Below are positions 10,102 to 19,329 of a DNA stretch of 64,000 bases, piece after piece (position 1 is the stretch's first letter; each line of letters begins with the position of its first letter). The stretch comes from an uncultured Candidatus Binatia bacterium. Lineage in GTDB: Bacteria; Desulfobacterota; Binatia; UBA9968; JAJDTQ01. The DNA lies in assembly GCA_965242525.1 (NCBI GenBank), contig OZ251459.1:832001-896000 (forward strand), read 5' to 3'. The position numbers and the translations under genes are program-made. Below the pieces are notes generated by a model. That model had not been told where the DNA came from, ran no database searches, and worked only from the letters and a program-made list of their open reading frames with translations.

Positions 10102-10599
10102 ATGCTGACGGACCCGGAGATTCAAGCCCTGGTAACGTCCCCGAAAAGGATCGCCCGCAGGAATCCGGCCAGAGGGTATGTCGAAGAAAACGGCCACAGG
10201 CGATGCTCGTTGGTGATGGAATGCGTTGAGGGAGAAGGAGAATCCTTCACCGTCTTTGTTCGCCAGAACAGCCAGTTCATAGAAAACTACTCTATCGGAC
10301 TGCGCTGGCAAACCGGAAACAGGGATTGGGGGTCCATAACGCTCGTTCGCTACAACGGTCCGCATGGAGAGGTCAGTCGTGATGAAGACGGTCATTATGC
10401 CAAGCCGCACATACACCGCATGACGGCTGAGGAAATGCAGGCCGGAAGTGTAAGACCACCGGAGAGGCAGAGGGAAATTACCGATAGATACAGCACGCTC
10501 GAAAGCGCTCTCGAAGTTTTCTTCGGTGACGCGGGCGTGACGAATTGGCGGGAGTATTTTCCCGAGTTGAGCCAAGGGAGTCTTTTCAATGAATCCTGA
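10102..10599 (+). CDS. Hypothetical protein, DUF6978-like (His-rich YNGPHG...PHIH)
   Basis: MLTDxEIxxL..PK N-terminus and LVRYNGPHG/HYAKPHIH motifs; overlaps the next gene. Confidence 0.65.
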   Translation: MLTDPEIQALVTSPKRIARRNPARGYVEENGHRRCSLVMECVEGEGESFTVFVRQNSQFIENYSIGLRWQTGNRDWGSITLVRYNGPHGEVSRDEDGHYAKPHIHRMTAEEMQAGSVRPPERQREITDRYSTLESALEVFFGDAGVTNWREYFPELSQGSLFNES

Positions 10600-11356
10600 C
10601 AAGGCGAGCAGCTTGCTCCGGGAGAGGGCGCGAAACGGCTTTGACCTCTATGAACGCAGGCCGGGGAAGCACCAGCTCATCGTCCCTATCCTTCACGAGG
10701 ACGGGGATATGGTGGATATCTACCTGCAAGACAGCCCCAAGGGTGAGGACTACGTGCGCATCTGCGATTTCGGCATGGCGCTCATGCGCCTTTCCTGTAC
10801 CTACGAGATAAACAGCTCGGCGCGTGAAAGGATCTTTGACAGCATTCTCGTCAACAACGGGGTTTCCAATGATGAGGGAAACCTGTACCTGGATATCTCG
10901 CCCGAGATGCTCTACGAGGGTGTATTGCAATTCGCGGGCTGCGTTCAAAAGGTATGCAATATGCGCTATTGGAGCAGGGAGATTGTCCGAAGCGCGTTTT
11001 ACGACGACCTGAAGAATTACACCGCGACGGAACTGGCCCCGTTCCATCCGCAACCGGATGTATCTCCTCTGCCGAGTTATGAAATTATCAAGGTGGACTG
11101 GTCTTTGACACACCACGAACGCCATTTCTATCTCTTCGGGATAGGAAGCGGCGACAAGGCGAAGAACGTGGCCATTTCGTTGCTGGAGTTTCAAAAGGCG
11201 AAACTGCGGTTCATCAGCCTCGTGGTGTACGAGGACATGGAGGAGCTCGGAAGAAAGGAAAGGCAGTATCTCACCAAGAACGCGGATACCCAGTACCCGA
11301 CCCTGGCGGATTTTCGGGAGAAGGCGCATTCGGACATCCCCAGGTTGGCGGCATGA
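10589..11356 (+). CDS. DUF1828/DUF1829-like protein (predicted C-terminal restriction-endonuclease fold)
   Basis: PILHEDGDMVDIYL...RICDFG N-terminal motif; KVDW near the putative nuclease half; coupled to the upstream gene. Confidence 0.7.
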   Translation: MNPDKASSLLRERARNGFDLYERRPGKHQLIVPILHEDGDMVDIYLQDSPKGEDYVRICDFGMALMRLSCTYEINSSARERIFDSILVNNGVSNDEGNLYLDISPEMLYEGVLQFAGCVQKVCNMRYWSREIVRSAFYDDLKNYTATELAPFHPQPDVSPLPSYEIIKVDWSLTHHERHFYLFGIGSGDKAKNVAISLLEFQKAKLRFISLVVYEDMEELGRKERQYLTKNADTQYPTLADFREKAHSDIPRLAA

Positions 11357-11385
11357 AGAAAAATCCCGCAAGGAAGGAGTCCTGA

Positions 11386-12111
11386 ATGGCGTACACGAGT
11401 TGGCGCGGCACCGTCGGCATCATCAAGCCGACCATGAGGCCCGGTTCCCTGGAGGAGTTCATCCGCATGATGCCCGAGGGCATCGGCGTCATTCCCCTGT
11501 TCATCGGTTTCCGGCGCGGCACCGCGGACGAGTTCCAGCAGGCCATGAAGGCCTATGAGGAACGGGTGGCCGAGCTCGCCGGTTATGAGGTGGACCTGAT
11601 CCACCCCGAAGGGGCGCCGCCGTTCATGTTGCAGGGGGTCAAGGGCGAGCGCCGTATCGTTCGGGCCTGGGAACGGAAGTACAAGGTTCCCGTCGTGACC
11701 GCGGGCATGACCCAGGTCGAAGCCCTCAAGGCGCTCAAGTGCAAGAAGATCGTCGGGGTTACCTACTTCACCGGCAAGATCAACGAGACCTTCGCGCGGT
11801 ACTTCGTGGAGGCGGGGTTCGACGTCCTGGCCATGGAGGGCATACCCGTGGAGTTCGAGGACGTGGGCAAGCTCGCCGGGCAGGAAGTCTATGCCCACAC
11901 CCGCAACGCCTTCCTGCGCCACCGGCAGGCGGACGCCATCTACATGCTGGGCTCGGGGTGGCGCACCCTGGACATCATCGAGTTGCTGGAGCAGGACCTC
12001 CAGGTGCCGGTGGTGCACCCGGTCCCGGCCAGGGTGTGGGCGGTCCAGAAACGGCTGCACGTGAACGAGTCGGTCATGGGCTACGGGCGCCTGCTGGAGG
12101 AGATGGTCTAG
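11386..12111 (+). CDS. Maleate isomerase/arylmalonate decarboxylase (Asp/Glu racemase fold) family protein
   Basis: WRGTVGIIKP, EALKAL, VTYF, LEQDLQVPVV, GYGRLL; AGGAG RBS. Confidence 0.8.
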   Translation: MAYTSWRGTVGIIKPTMRPGSLEEFIRMMPEGIGVIPLFIGFRRGTADEFQQAMKAYEERVAELAGYEVDLIHPEGAPPFMLQGVKGERRIVRAWERKYKVPVVTAGMTQVEALKALKCKKIVGVTYFTGKINETFARYFVEAGFDVLAMEGIPVEFEDVGKLAGQEVYAHTRNAFLRHRQADAIYMLGSGWRTLDIIELLEQDLQVPVVHPVPARVWAVQKRLHVNESVMGYGRLLEEMV

Positions 12112-12148
12112 GCGCCGGTCCGGGACGGCGACGTGCGGGTCCTGGCGC

Positions 12149-14068
12149 TCAACCGCGGGCGCGGCCCAGTCCGCGGAGTTGCAGCAACCCCCCTGCGGCC
12201 ACCAGCACCGAGCCCGCCAACAGCATGTTCCACCCGGGCAGGATGAGCAGCACGCCGCCGACGATGAGCACGGCGCGCACGGGCCACGTGAGCACGCGCA
12301 GGCCGTAGCCGATGGTCCCCGCGGACAGGCTCACCGCCCCCACCAGGGCGGACACGGCCGCCAGCGCCACCGAGTCCCACGAGCCCCGCAGCAGCAGGGC
12401 GGGGTGGAGCGCGAAAGAGAACGGCAACAGGTACTTGCCGATGGCCAGGCGCACCGCGTGCTTGCCGGTCTCCCATATGCCGGCGCCGCTGATGCTGCAT
12501 GTGACGAAGACGGTGACGCACACCGGCGGCGTGATGTGGGACGCCAACCCCCAGTAAACCACGAACAGGTGGGCGGCGATGTCCGGCACCCCCATGAGCA
12601 CCAGCGCCGGTGCGCACAGGGTGGCCACGGTGATGTACGCCGGCAGGGAGTCCATGCCCATGCCCAGGATGAGGCTGGCGACCCCCACCAGGGCCAGGGC
12701 GATGGGCAGGTTCCCGCCGCTCAGGTCCACCAGCGCGCGGGAGAACTTCGTCCCCAGCCCGCTGAGACCCAGGGCGGCCACCAGCATCCCCACGGCCGCG
12801 GTGAGTATCGCCAGCGGCACCCATGCCTTCACCGCGGACACCAGGGCCGAGCGCACGTCGTCGGGGTACAGGCGCTTGCCCCGGTCCTTGGACAGGAAGC
12901 TGACCGCCACCAGCAGGGGCAGGCTGAAGATGCCGGCCATGTCGGGGTCGAACTTCTGCACCAGCATCAGGTAGATCATGGCGCCGATGGGCAGCAGGAA
13001 GAACCAGCCTTTCCGGAAGGTGGCGCCCAGGGACGGCAGTTCGTTGCGGGGTAGTCCGGCCAGACCTTGCCGGGCGGCTTCGAAGTCCACCCCCATGAAG
13101 ACGATGACGAAGTAGAGCAGGGCCGGCAGGGCCGCGGCCAGCGCCACCTGGTAATAGGGCGCGCCCAGGAAGTCCGCCATGACGAAGGCGATGGCGCCCA
13201 TGACCGGCGGCAGTATCTGTCCGCCCGCGGACGAGGCGGCCTCCACGCCTCCGGCGAACCCGGGCCGGTATCCCGCCCGCACCATGAGGGGGATGGTCAC
13301 CGCTCCGGTGGTGGCGGCGTTGGCCGACGGCGAGCCGGAGATGGTGCCGAAGAAGGCCGAGGCCAGCACAGCGGTCTTGGCGGCGCCGCCCCGGGTCCAG
13401 CCGGCCAGGGCCAGGGCCAGCTCGCTGAACCACTCGCCCACCCCGGCCTTCTGCAGCAGGTGGGCGAAGATCAGGAACACGATGACGATGGTGGAGGCCA
13501 CCCCCAGGGGGACGCCGAAGATGCCCTCTCCGGGCACGTACACCGCGTAGGACAGCCGGTCCCAGGCGTAGCCCTTGCCGAACAGCAGGCCCGGCAGGAT
13601 GTTCTGGAAGCGCGCCACGAAGAGGAACAGGCAGATGATGGTCACCAGCACCCAGCCCACGGCCCGCTTGAGCGCCACCAGCAGGGAGAAGGCCAGGGCG
13701 AACGCCAGGATCATGCCCGGCGGGTCCAGGAACCCGTACTCGTCGTAGTCGGTGACCCGTTCGTAGAAGAGGAGGATGAAACCCAGGGGCGCCATGCCCA
13801 GCGCCAGCAGCGCCGCGTCCCACCACAGGCCCCGGTTGGCCGGGCCCCGGCGGCGCATGTGGACGAGGTAGGCCAGGAGCAGGGCGCAGGTGAGGCTCAC
13901 CGCCCGGTGGAAGGGGGTGGGGAAGAAGACCCCCAGGTAGATGAACGTCCGTCCCACCACCACCAGGTGGTAGAGGGCGGTGAGCAGGGCGATCCCGTCG
14001 ATGACCCGGTCCCAGGCCGGGGAGGGTCCCGCGTCCCGGACCGACTGCGGCGTGGCGATGTCAGGCAT
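12149..14068 (-). CDS. TRAP transporter 4TM/12TM fusion permease
   Basis: EGIFGVP, GGAAKTAV, SGSPSAN, GGQILPPVMGA, GMG, ITPPV. Confidence 0.92.
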   Translation of the reverse strand: MPDIATPQSVRDAGPSPAWDRVIDGIALLTALYHLVVVGRTFIYLGVFFPTPFHRAVSLTCALLLAYLVHMRRRGPANRGLWWDAALLALGMAPLGFILLFYERVTDYDEYGFLDPPGMILAFALAFSLLVALKRAVGWVLVTIICLFLFVARFQNILPGLLFGKGYAWDRLSYAVYVPGEGIFGVPLGVASTIVIVFLIFAHLLQKAGVGEWFSELALALAGWTRGGAAKTAVLASAFFGTISGSPSANAATTGAVTIPLMVRAGYRPGFAGGVEAASSAGGQILPPVMGAIAFVMADFLGAPYYQVALAAALPALLYFVIVFMGVDFEAARQGLAGLPRNELPSLGATFRKGWFFLLPIGAMIYLMLVQKFDPDMAGIFSLPLLVAVSFLSKDRGKRLYPDDVRSALVSAVKAWVPLAILTAAVGMLVAALGLSGLGTKFSRALVDLSGGNLPIALALVGVASLILGMGMDSLPAYITVATLCAPALVLMGVPDIAAHLFVVYWGLASHITPPVCVTVFVTCSISGAGIWETGKHAVRLAIGKYLLPFSFALHPALLLRGSWDSVALAAVSALVGAVSLSAGTIGYGLRVLTWPVRAVLIVGGVLLILPGWNMLLAGSVLVAAGGLLQLRGLGRARG

Positions 14069-14131
14069 CCCGTTCCCGGTCCGGGGCGCGGCGCCCCGGA
14101 CCCCGTGCGAGGAGCGCGGCCCCGGTCACGG

Positions 14132-15145
14132 TCACTGGTTGTCGAGCAGCGCCTGCTGCGTCTTCGCCAGCGCGTCGGTCCACTCGCCGACCTCCCGGTA
14201 GTAGCGGACGGCGCCGGGATGGAAGGGGATGGTGGGGTTGGCCAGGCTGTCCTTCAGTGTGTACTGCTTGGCCGACGCGTGCACCGGGTAGAACTGCTTC
14301 AGGTTCTCGAAGAACGTCTTGGCGACCGTGTAGATGACGTCCTCCGGCACGTCCGCACGGGTGGCGGCAAAGGTGCCCACGGCCAGCGAGTCCACGTCGC
14401 TGTCCAGGCCCTTGATGGCGCCCTTGGCGATCTTGGCGCGCCGGTAGCCCTTCAGCCGCGGGTCCTCCAGGATCTCCGCGGCCTTGTCCCCGGGGATGGC
14501 GATGACCTTTAGGTCGATGGCCTGGGCCAGGCGCCGGAGCGGAGGCGAGGAGGTGCGGGGGCTGCCGAAGGGCATGACCACGGCGTCCGCGGCCCCCAGC
14601 TTCAGGGACTCGAGCTGCTCGTTGGTGTTGCCGTGCCTGAGTATCTTCACCGACGCTTCCGGGATGCCGTAGGCCCGCATCAACGCCCGGGCGAACGCCT
14701 CCAGGTCCGCCAGCGACTTCCGTTTGGCCTGCACGGTCTTGCCCTCCAGGTCCGCGGGGGTGCGGATGCCCCGGTCGGCCCGGGCGACCAGGGCCCGGGC
14801 TCCCAGGCCGCCCTGGAAGACCAGCCGGAGCGGCGCCTTCCCGTCCTTCCGGAACGAGCCGATGCCGTGGTACCCGTGGGTGCCGGCCAGGGAGTTCAGC
14901 AGCGCCAGCTCGATGCGCTTGGCCGCCAGCGCGCGCACGTTGGCGTCGCTGCCGCCGATGGGCTCCACGGTGACGCTCACGTCGGAGTTGCGGCTGACCG
15001 TATCGCCGATGCCCACGGCGAGGATGTGGAAGCGCGCGCCCACGGTCGAGGTGCCCAGCGACAGGGCCGTCTGGGAGTGCGCCGAGGTTGCGAAACAGAG
15101 GACGCCGGCGAGTAACGCGAGATGGAAACGTATCGAGGTCTTCAT
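14132..15145 (-). CDS. TAXI-family TRAP solute receptor
   Basis: Signal peptide, GTSTVGA, GGSDANV, PFHPGAVRYY; start reset to ATG 15145 after GGAGG. Confidence 0.9.
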   Translation of the reverse strand: MKTSIRFHLALLAGVLCFATSAHSQTALSLGTSTVGARFHILAVGIGDTVSRNSDVSVTVEPIGGSDANVRALAAKRIELALLNSLAGTHGYHGIGSFRKDGKAPLRLVFQGGLGARALVARADRGIRTPADLEGKTVQAKRKSLADLEAFARALMRAYGIPEASVKILRHGNTNEQLESLKLGAADAVVMPFGSPRTSSPPLRRLAQAIDLKVIAIPGDKAAEILEDPRLKGYRRAKIAKGAIKGLDSDVDSLAVGTFAATRADVPEDVIYTVAKTFFENLKQFYPVHASAKQYTLKDSLANPTIPFHPGAVRYYREVGEWTDALAKTQQALLDNQ

Positions 15146-15193
15146 GCCCCCCTCCTTGAAAGTAGCGGAACCAATACGTTGCAAGGGTGGGCA

Positions 15194-15223
15194 AGCACTA
15201 ACACCGTTGACACGGGGTGTCAA
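15194..15223 (-). promoter_or_regulatory. Promoter of the TAXI-TRAP operon with overlapping palindrome TTGACAC-N3-GTGTCAA
   Basis: Minus strand TTGACA-N17-TAGTGC; perfect 7-bp inverted repeat at 15207-15223. Confidence 0.55.
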
Positions 15224-15319
15224 TTCCGACAAGCGCGCGCCGAGCGCCGGCGCAGGGCTTCGGCGGGTTGGCGTGCGGTGCCGGCATCGGGGAAACCCTG
15301 AACGATCCCGGAGGAAGAG

Positions 15320-15357
15320 AGCGTCCTTCGACTTCGCTTCGCTCAGGACGAACGGGG
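15320..15357 (-). repeat. Repeat family A (CCGTTCGTCCTGAGC..GAAGTCGAAGGACGC) copy
   Basis: Matches copies at 25200, 26944, 44644 and 58297. Confidence 0.85.
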
Positions 15358-15413
15358 ACAGGAAGGTCGCGTGAGGGAGTATCCTCCATCCACGGCTCGA
15401 TTGCCCCGAGTGG

Positions 15414-15522
15414 CTCTTCAGGAATTCGTGTGGGTAAGGTAGGAGGGAAAGGGGTGAGACGGGGCCAGGCCATCGTTCCCGCAGATGTCCCTCCCCGTCA
15501 TTCCCGCGAAAGCGGGAATCCA
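15414..15522 (-). repeat. Partial MITE-like element: conserved arm plus family B palindrome CGTCATTCCCGCGAAAGCGGGAATCCA
   Basis: 15414-15465 is the reverse complement of the arm at 20575-20626 and 24747-24800; family B unit at about 15496-15522. Confidence 0.75.
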
Positions 15523-15607
15523 CTTTCATCATCTCGGCTCTTCCTGCTTCCCGCTCACCCTCGCTTCCCGGTCTCCCTGACGCGGCTATCCGCCCCTCGT
15601 GCGGCCC

Positions 15608-16741
15608 TCAGGCCGCGTCCATCAGCGGCGCCACGTTCAGGTTGTACAGGCGGGCCACGTTGGAGTTGAGCAGCTTGGTGCGGTCGCCGGCGTCGAGGCT
15701 GCCCAGGTCCCGGGCGATGACTTCCCGGGAGCGGGGCCAGGTGGAGTTCTGGTGCGGGTAGTCGTTGGACCACATGCAGTTGTCGGAGCCCCACCAGGAG
15801 AACAGCCGTCCGCCGATGTGGTCGTTGAAGAACGTGGCATAGACCTGACGGGCGAAGTATTCGCCGGGTTCCTTGGGGATGGGCAGGGACTCCGCGTGGC
15901 GGTGGCGGCGGAAGTTCTTGTCGCACTGCCCCAGCCAGAAGGGGATCCAGCCCACCTCGTTTTCCACGGACACGATCTTGAGCGAGGGATAGCGCTCCAG
16001 CACCCCGGAGAAGATGATGTCGAACAAGGCGTCCTCGATCTCGCGGGTCTGGCGGACGCCGATGCGGTAGCGCCCCATGCCGTGGGTGGTCTGGCGGCGC
16101 ATGCTGTCGCCGAAGCCCGTGAGGATATGCAGGTGCACGGGCATGTCGAGATCCTGGGACGCGGCCCAGTAGCGTTCATAGTGGTCCGAGGTAAACGGCA
16201 GGTCCTTGTGGGGCACTTGCCAGACCAGGGTCCCCACCATCCCCTGCCGCTTGCAGCGCTCCATCTCCGCCACTGCCAAGTCCACGTCGAAGGCGGAGAT
16301 CAGCGCCACCCCGAACAGCCGGTCCGGCGCTCCCTGGCAGTATTCGATGAGCCAGTCGTTGTAGGTGCGGAACAGGGCCTGCTGGAACGCGGGGTCCTCG
16401 ACGCAGAAGAAACCGAGTCCCAGGCTGGGGTAGAGCACTTCGCCGGACACGCCGTCCTGGGCCATGTCCTTGATGCGCTCCGCCGGGTCCCAACCCCCGG
16501 GACGCGCCACCGAGAAGCCCGCCCGGCGGTAGTCCTCCACGTTCTCGGGGCGCTGGCCCGCCATGAACAGACCGCCCACGGCCTGGGGCGCCACGTCCGG
16601 CGACCCGAACATCCAGGCGTCGCGTCCTTCGTCGAAATAGGCCTTGGGCGCCCGGTCACGGAAGGCCGCGGGCAGCCCCTTTTCCCACAGGTCCGGGACC
16701 TCGATGACGTGCGAGTCTGCCGAGATGATGGTCTCTTCCAT
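15608..16741 (-). CDS. Amidohydrolase_2 family protein
   Basis: ISADSHV, EVLYPS, YNDWL, HLH, WSNDYPH. Confidence 0.9.
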   Translation of the reverse strand: MEETIISADSHVIEVPDLWEKGLPAAFRDRAPKAYFDEGRDAWMFGSPDVAPQAVGGLFMAGQRPENVEDYRRAGFSVARPGGWDPAERIKDMAQDGVSGEVLYPSLGLGFFCVEDPAFQQALFRTYNDWLIEYCQGAPDRLFGVALISAFDVDLAVAEMERCKRQGMVGTLVWQVPHKDLPFTSDHYERYWAASQDLDMPVHLHILTGFGDSMRRQTTHGMGRYRIGVRQTREIEDALFDIIFSGVLERYPSLKIVSVENEVGWIPFWLGQCDKNFRRHRHAESLPIPKEPGEYFARQVYATFFNDHIGGRLFSWWGSDNCMWSNDYPHQNSTWPRSREVIARDLGSLDAGDRTKLLNSNVARLYNLNVAPLMDAA

Positions 16742-16851
16742 GACGGTTCCTCCTCTCCTGCGGAACGACGGAAACGAAGGTTCGCGCCGCGCGGGCGTGG
16801 CGTGACACTAACGCCAACGTCCGCGGTTGTCAAAGGACTTGGCGGGCGCGG

Positions 16852-17583
16852 TTATTCCGTGGTCCAGCGGAGTTCGCGCTCCATGAAATCCGCCACCAGG
16901 GGCCACGCCAGGTCCGCGGCGTGGGGGTGGTAGCCCGCCGCGCCGGGGTCCACGAAACCGTGCCCGCCGAAGGGAAAGGAGTGCCACTCCAGGGGCTGGC
17001 CGTTCTCCCGGAACGCGTACATCATCCGGTCCTGCACCGGCGTCACGGTGGTGACGTCGTCCGCGCCGTAGAGGACGATGGACGGACAGCGGATGCGCCG
17101 GGCCTTGTCCCAGGGCGGGACGGGCCGCATGTCGGTGGGGGGCTCGTCCCGGACCGTGGGATAGTAGCCCACGAAGGCCCGCACCTGCGGGGTCTCGGCC
17201 ACGAAGTTGATGGCGATGCGGCCCCCCATGCAGTAACCGCACACCGCCACCCGCTCGCCGTCCACGTGCGGCCGGGCGAGCAGGAAACGCCAGCTCTCGG
17301 TGAGCGCCCGGGTGAACTCCTCGTCGGACGTCCGGGCCTGGATCTCCGCCCCGGTCTCGATGTGGGTGGCCGCGGGATGCCCCAGGAGCTCGAAGACGTT
17401 GGCCGCAAAGGTGCTGTAGCCCAGGGCGGCGAACTTGCGCGCCTCGGTCTTGATGTAGTCGGTCACCCCGGACTTGGGATGGATGAGCAGCAGCCCCGGT
17501 CCGGGCTCGGTCCGTTGCGGATGGGCCAGGTAGCCGGCGATGCCGTGTTCCCGGCTGTTGAGCGTGCGTTCGATGATCTGCAT
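16852..17583 (-). CDS. Dienelactone hydrolase family protein
   Basis: GYCMGG nucleophile, GADD, GHGF. Confidence 0.9.
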   Translation of the reverse strand: MQIIERTLNSREHGIAGYLAHPQRTEPGPGLLLIHPKSGVTDYIKTEARKFAALGYSTFAANVFELLGHPAATHIETGAEIQARTSDEEFTRALTESWRFLLARPHVDGERVAVCGYCMGGRIAINFVAETPQVRAFVGYYPTVRDEPPTDMRPVPPWDKARRIRCPSIVLYGADDVTTVTPVQDRMMYAFRENGQPLEWHSFPFGGHGFVDPGAAGYHPHAADLAWPLVADFMERELRWTTE

Positions 17584-17702
17584 GGTTCCTCCCCGCGGCG
17601 GCGTTGCCGAGCGCGGAGCCTAACACGCTGGCGTCACCCGGCAAAGGGCGCACGGGCCGATTCCGGCTTGACTTGGAAACCCAAATCGTTCATGGAGGAC
17701 CC

Positions 17703-18860
17703 ATGCGCATCATCGACGCCGACGGCCACGTCAACGAGTGTCCCGCGACCTTCGACGACAAGTACATGGACCCGGAGTTCCGTTCCCGGCGGCCGGTCAT
17801 CGTGGGTTCGTCGGGGATGTACTACTGGATGATCGGCGAGCAGCTCGTGCCCCGGCGGGCCGGGGTCGGGTGCAACAACTTCAGCACCCCCGCCCGGGTG
17901 GACGGCAAGCCCACCCGGCACGGCGCGCTCATCGAGGGGCGCAACCGGGACAGCCTGGAGAGCCAGGAGTTGACCGACCTCACGGCGCGCCTGGAGGCCC
18001 TGGACGCGGAGGACATCCACCTGCAGGTCATCTATCCGACCCTCTTCCTCGCCTATCCGCTGACCAGCGACCCCGCCCTGATGACCGCGTTGTGCGCCTC
18101 CTACAACCGCTGGATGGGGGACCGGACGTCGGGCAGCGAGCGTCTCAAGTGGGCGGGAGTGGTCAACCTCGAAGACGTGTCCGGGGCCGTGCGCGGGGTC
18201 CATGAAGCCAGGAGCCTCGGCGCCTCCGCCATCATGGTCCTGGGGACCGCGGGGGACCGCACCCTCGACCACCCCTCGCTGCTGCCGTTCTACGAGGCCC
18301 TGGCCGAGACCGACCTGACCCTGGGCGTACACGTGGGCTGGTCCTGTCCGTCCCTGAACAACCTCTACAGCGACCTCTACCCCTCGTGGTTGACCGCTTT
18401 CCTCATGCCCGTGCTCATGGGGTTCGTGGCCTTCATGACCGGGGGCCTGCTGGACCGCTTCCCGAGCTTGCGGGTGGTGTTCCTGGAGGCGGGCTGCCTG
18501 TGGATCCCCTTCGTCATCGACCGCCTGAACCACAGGTTCCCCCACGCGCAGCGTCTGGCGAACCTCTACCCGCAAGTGGCCATCCGCGCCGCGGAAGCGC
18601 CTGCGGAATACCTCGAGCGGGGCAACCTGTACTGGAGCGCCGAGGTGGAGGACGCCATGCTGCCCCAGGTCATGGACCTGGTGGGGGAGGGGCAGATCGT
18701 CTTCGGCTCCGACATGCCCCACTCGGACCGGGAGCGCTTTGCCGCGCGCACGCTGCTGGCCCGGGACGACGTGGACGAGTCGGGCAAGAGCGCCATCCTG
18801 GAGCGGAACCCGGCGCGGCTCTACGGGTTCCCGATCGACGGCGCAGACACGGGGAGGTAG
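17703..18860 (+). CDS. Amidohydrolase_2 family protein
   Basis: IIDADGHV, YPT, YNRW, FLEAG, FGSDMPH; GGAGG RBS. Confidence 0.9.
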   Translation: MRIIDADGHVNECPATFDDKYMDPEFRSRRPVIVGSSGMYYWMIGEQLVPRRAGVGCNNFSTPARVDGKPTRHGALIEGRNRDSLESQELTDLTARLEALDAEDIHLQVIYPTLFLAYPLTSDPALMTALCASYNRWMGDRTSGSERLKWAGVVNLEDVSGAVRGVHEARSLGASAIMVLGTAGDRTLDHPSLLPFYEALAETDLTLGVHVGWSCPSLNNLYSDLYPSWLTAFLMPVLMGFVAFMTGGLLDRFPSLRVVFLEAGCLWIPFVIDRLNHRFPHAQRLANLYPQVAIRAAEAPAEYLERGNLYWSAEVEDAMLPQVMDLVGEGQIVFGSDMPHSDRERFAARTLLARDDVDESGKSAILERNPARLYGFPIDGADTGR

Positions 18861-18863
18861 GAA

Positions 18864-19271
18864 ATGGCCGAGCAGGCGCTTCGAGGCAGTTGCCTCTGCC
18901 AAGCCGTCCGTTACCGGGTGACGCCCCCGTTCCTGCGGTTCGCCCACTGCTACTGCAAGCGCTGCCGCAAGGCCACCGGCGGTCTGCGCTCCACCAACAT
19001 CGCGGTGCCCCCGGAGCAGTTCCGCTGGCTCTCCGGGGAAGACCTCGTCTCCCGGTACGACCTGCCCGAGGCCAGGAGCTTCGCCACCGCGGTCTGCACA
19101 CGGTGCAACGGTCCGGTGCCCCGTCCCACCCGGGACCGCTCGCGCATGACCGTTCCTTCGGGCACCCTGGACGACGAGCCGTCCACCGAGCGCCCGTCGG
19201 CCCACCGCTTCTGGAGCAGCCGCGCGGGCTGGGCGGCCATCGACGAGTCCCATTTGCCGTGCGAGGACTGA
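18864..19271 (+). CDS. GFA (CENP-V/Mss4-like) family protein
   Basis: GSCLC, HCYCKRCRKATG, CTRC. Confidence 0.9.
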   Translation: MAEQALRGSCLCQAVRYRVTPPFLRFAHCYCKRCRKATGGLRSTNIAVPPEQFRWLSGEDLVSRYDLPEARSFATAVCTRCNGPVPRPTRDRSRMTVPSGTLDDEPSTERPSAHRFWSSRAGWAAIDESHLPCED

Positions 19272-19329
19272 CCCGCACGCGCTCCAAGGCGCGGGCGCTC
19301 GGCTCCACGGCGCCCGCACGCGGCAGGCC

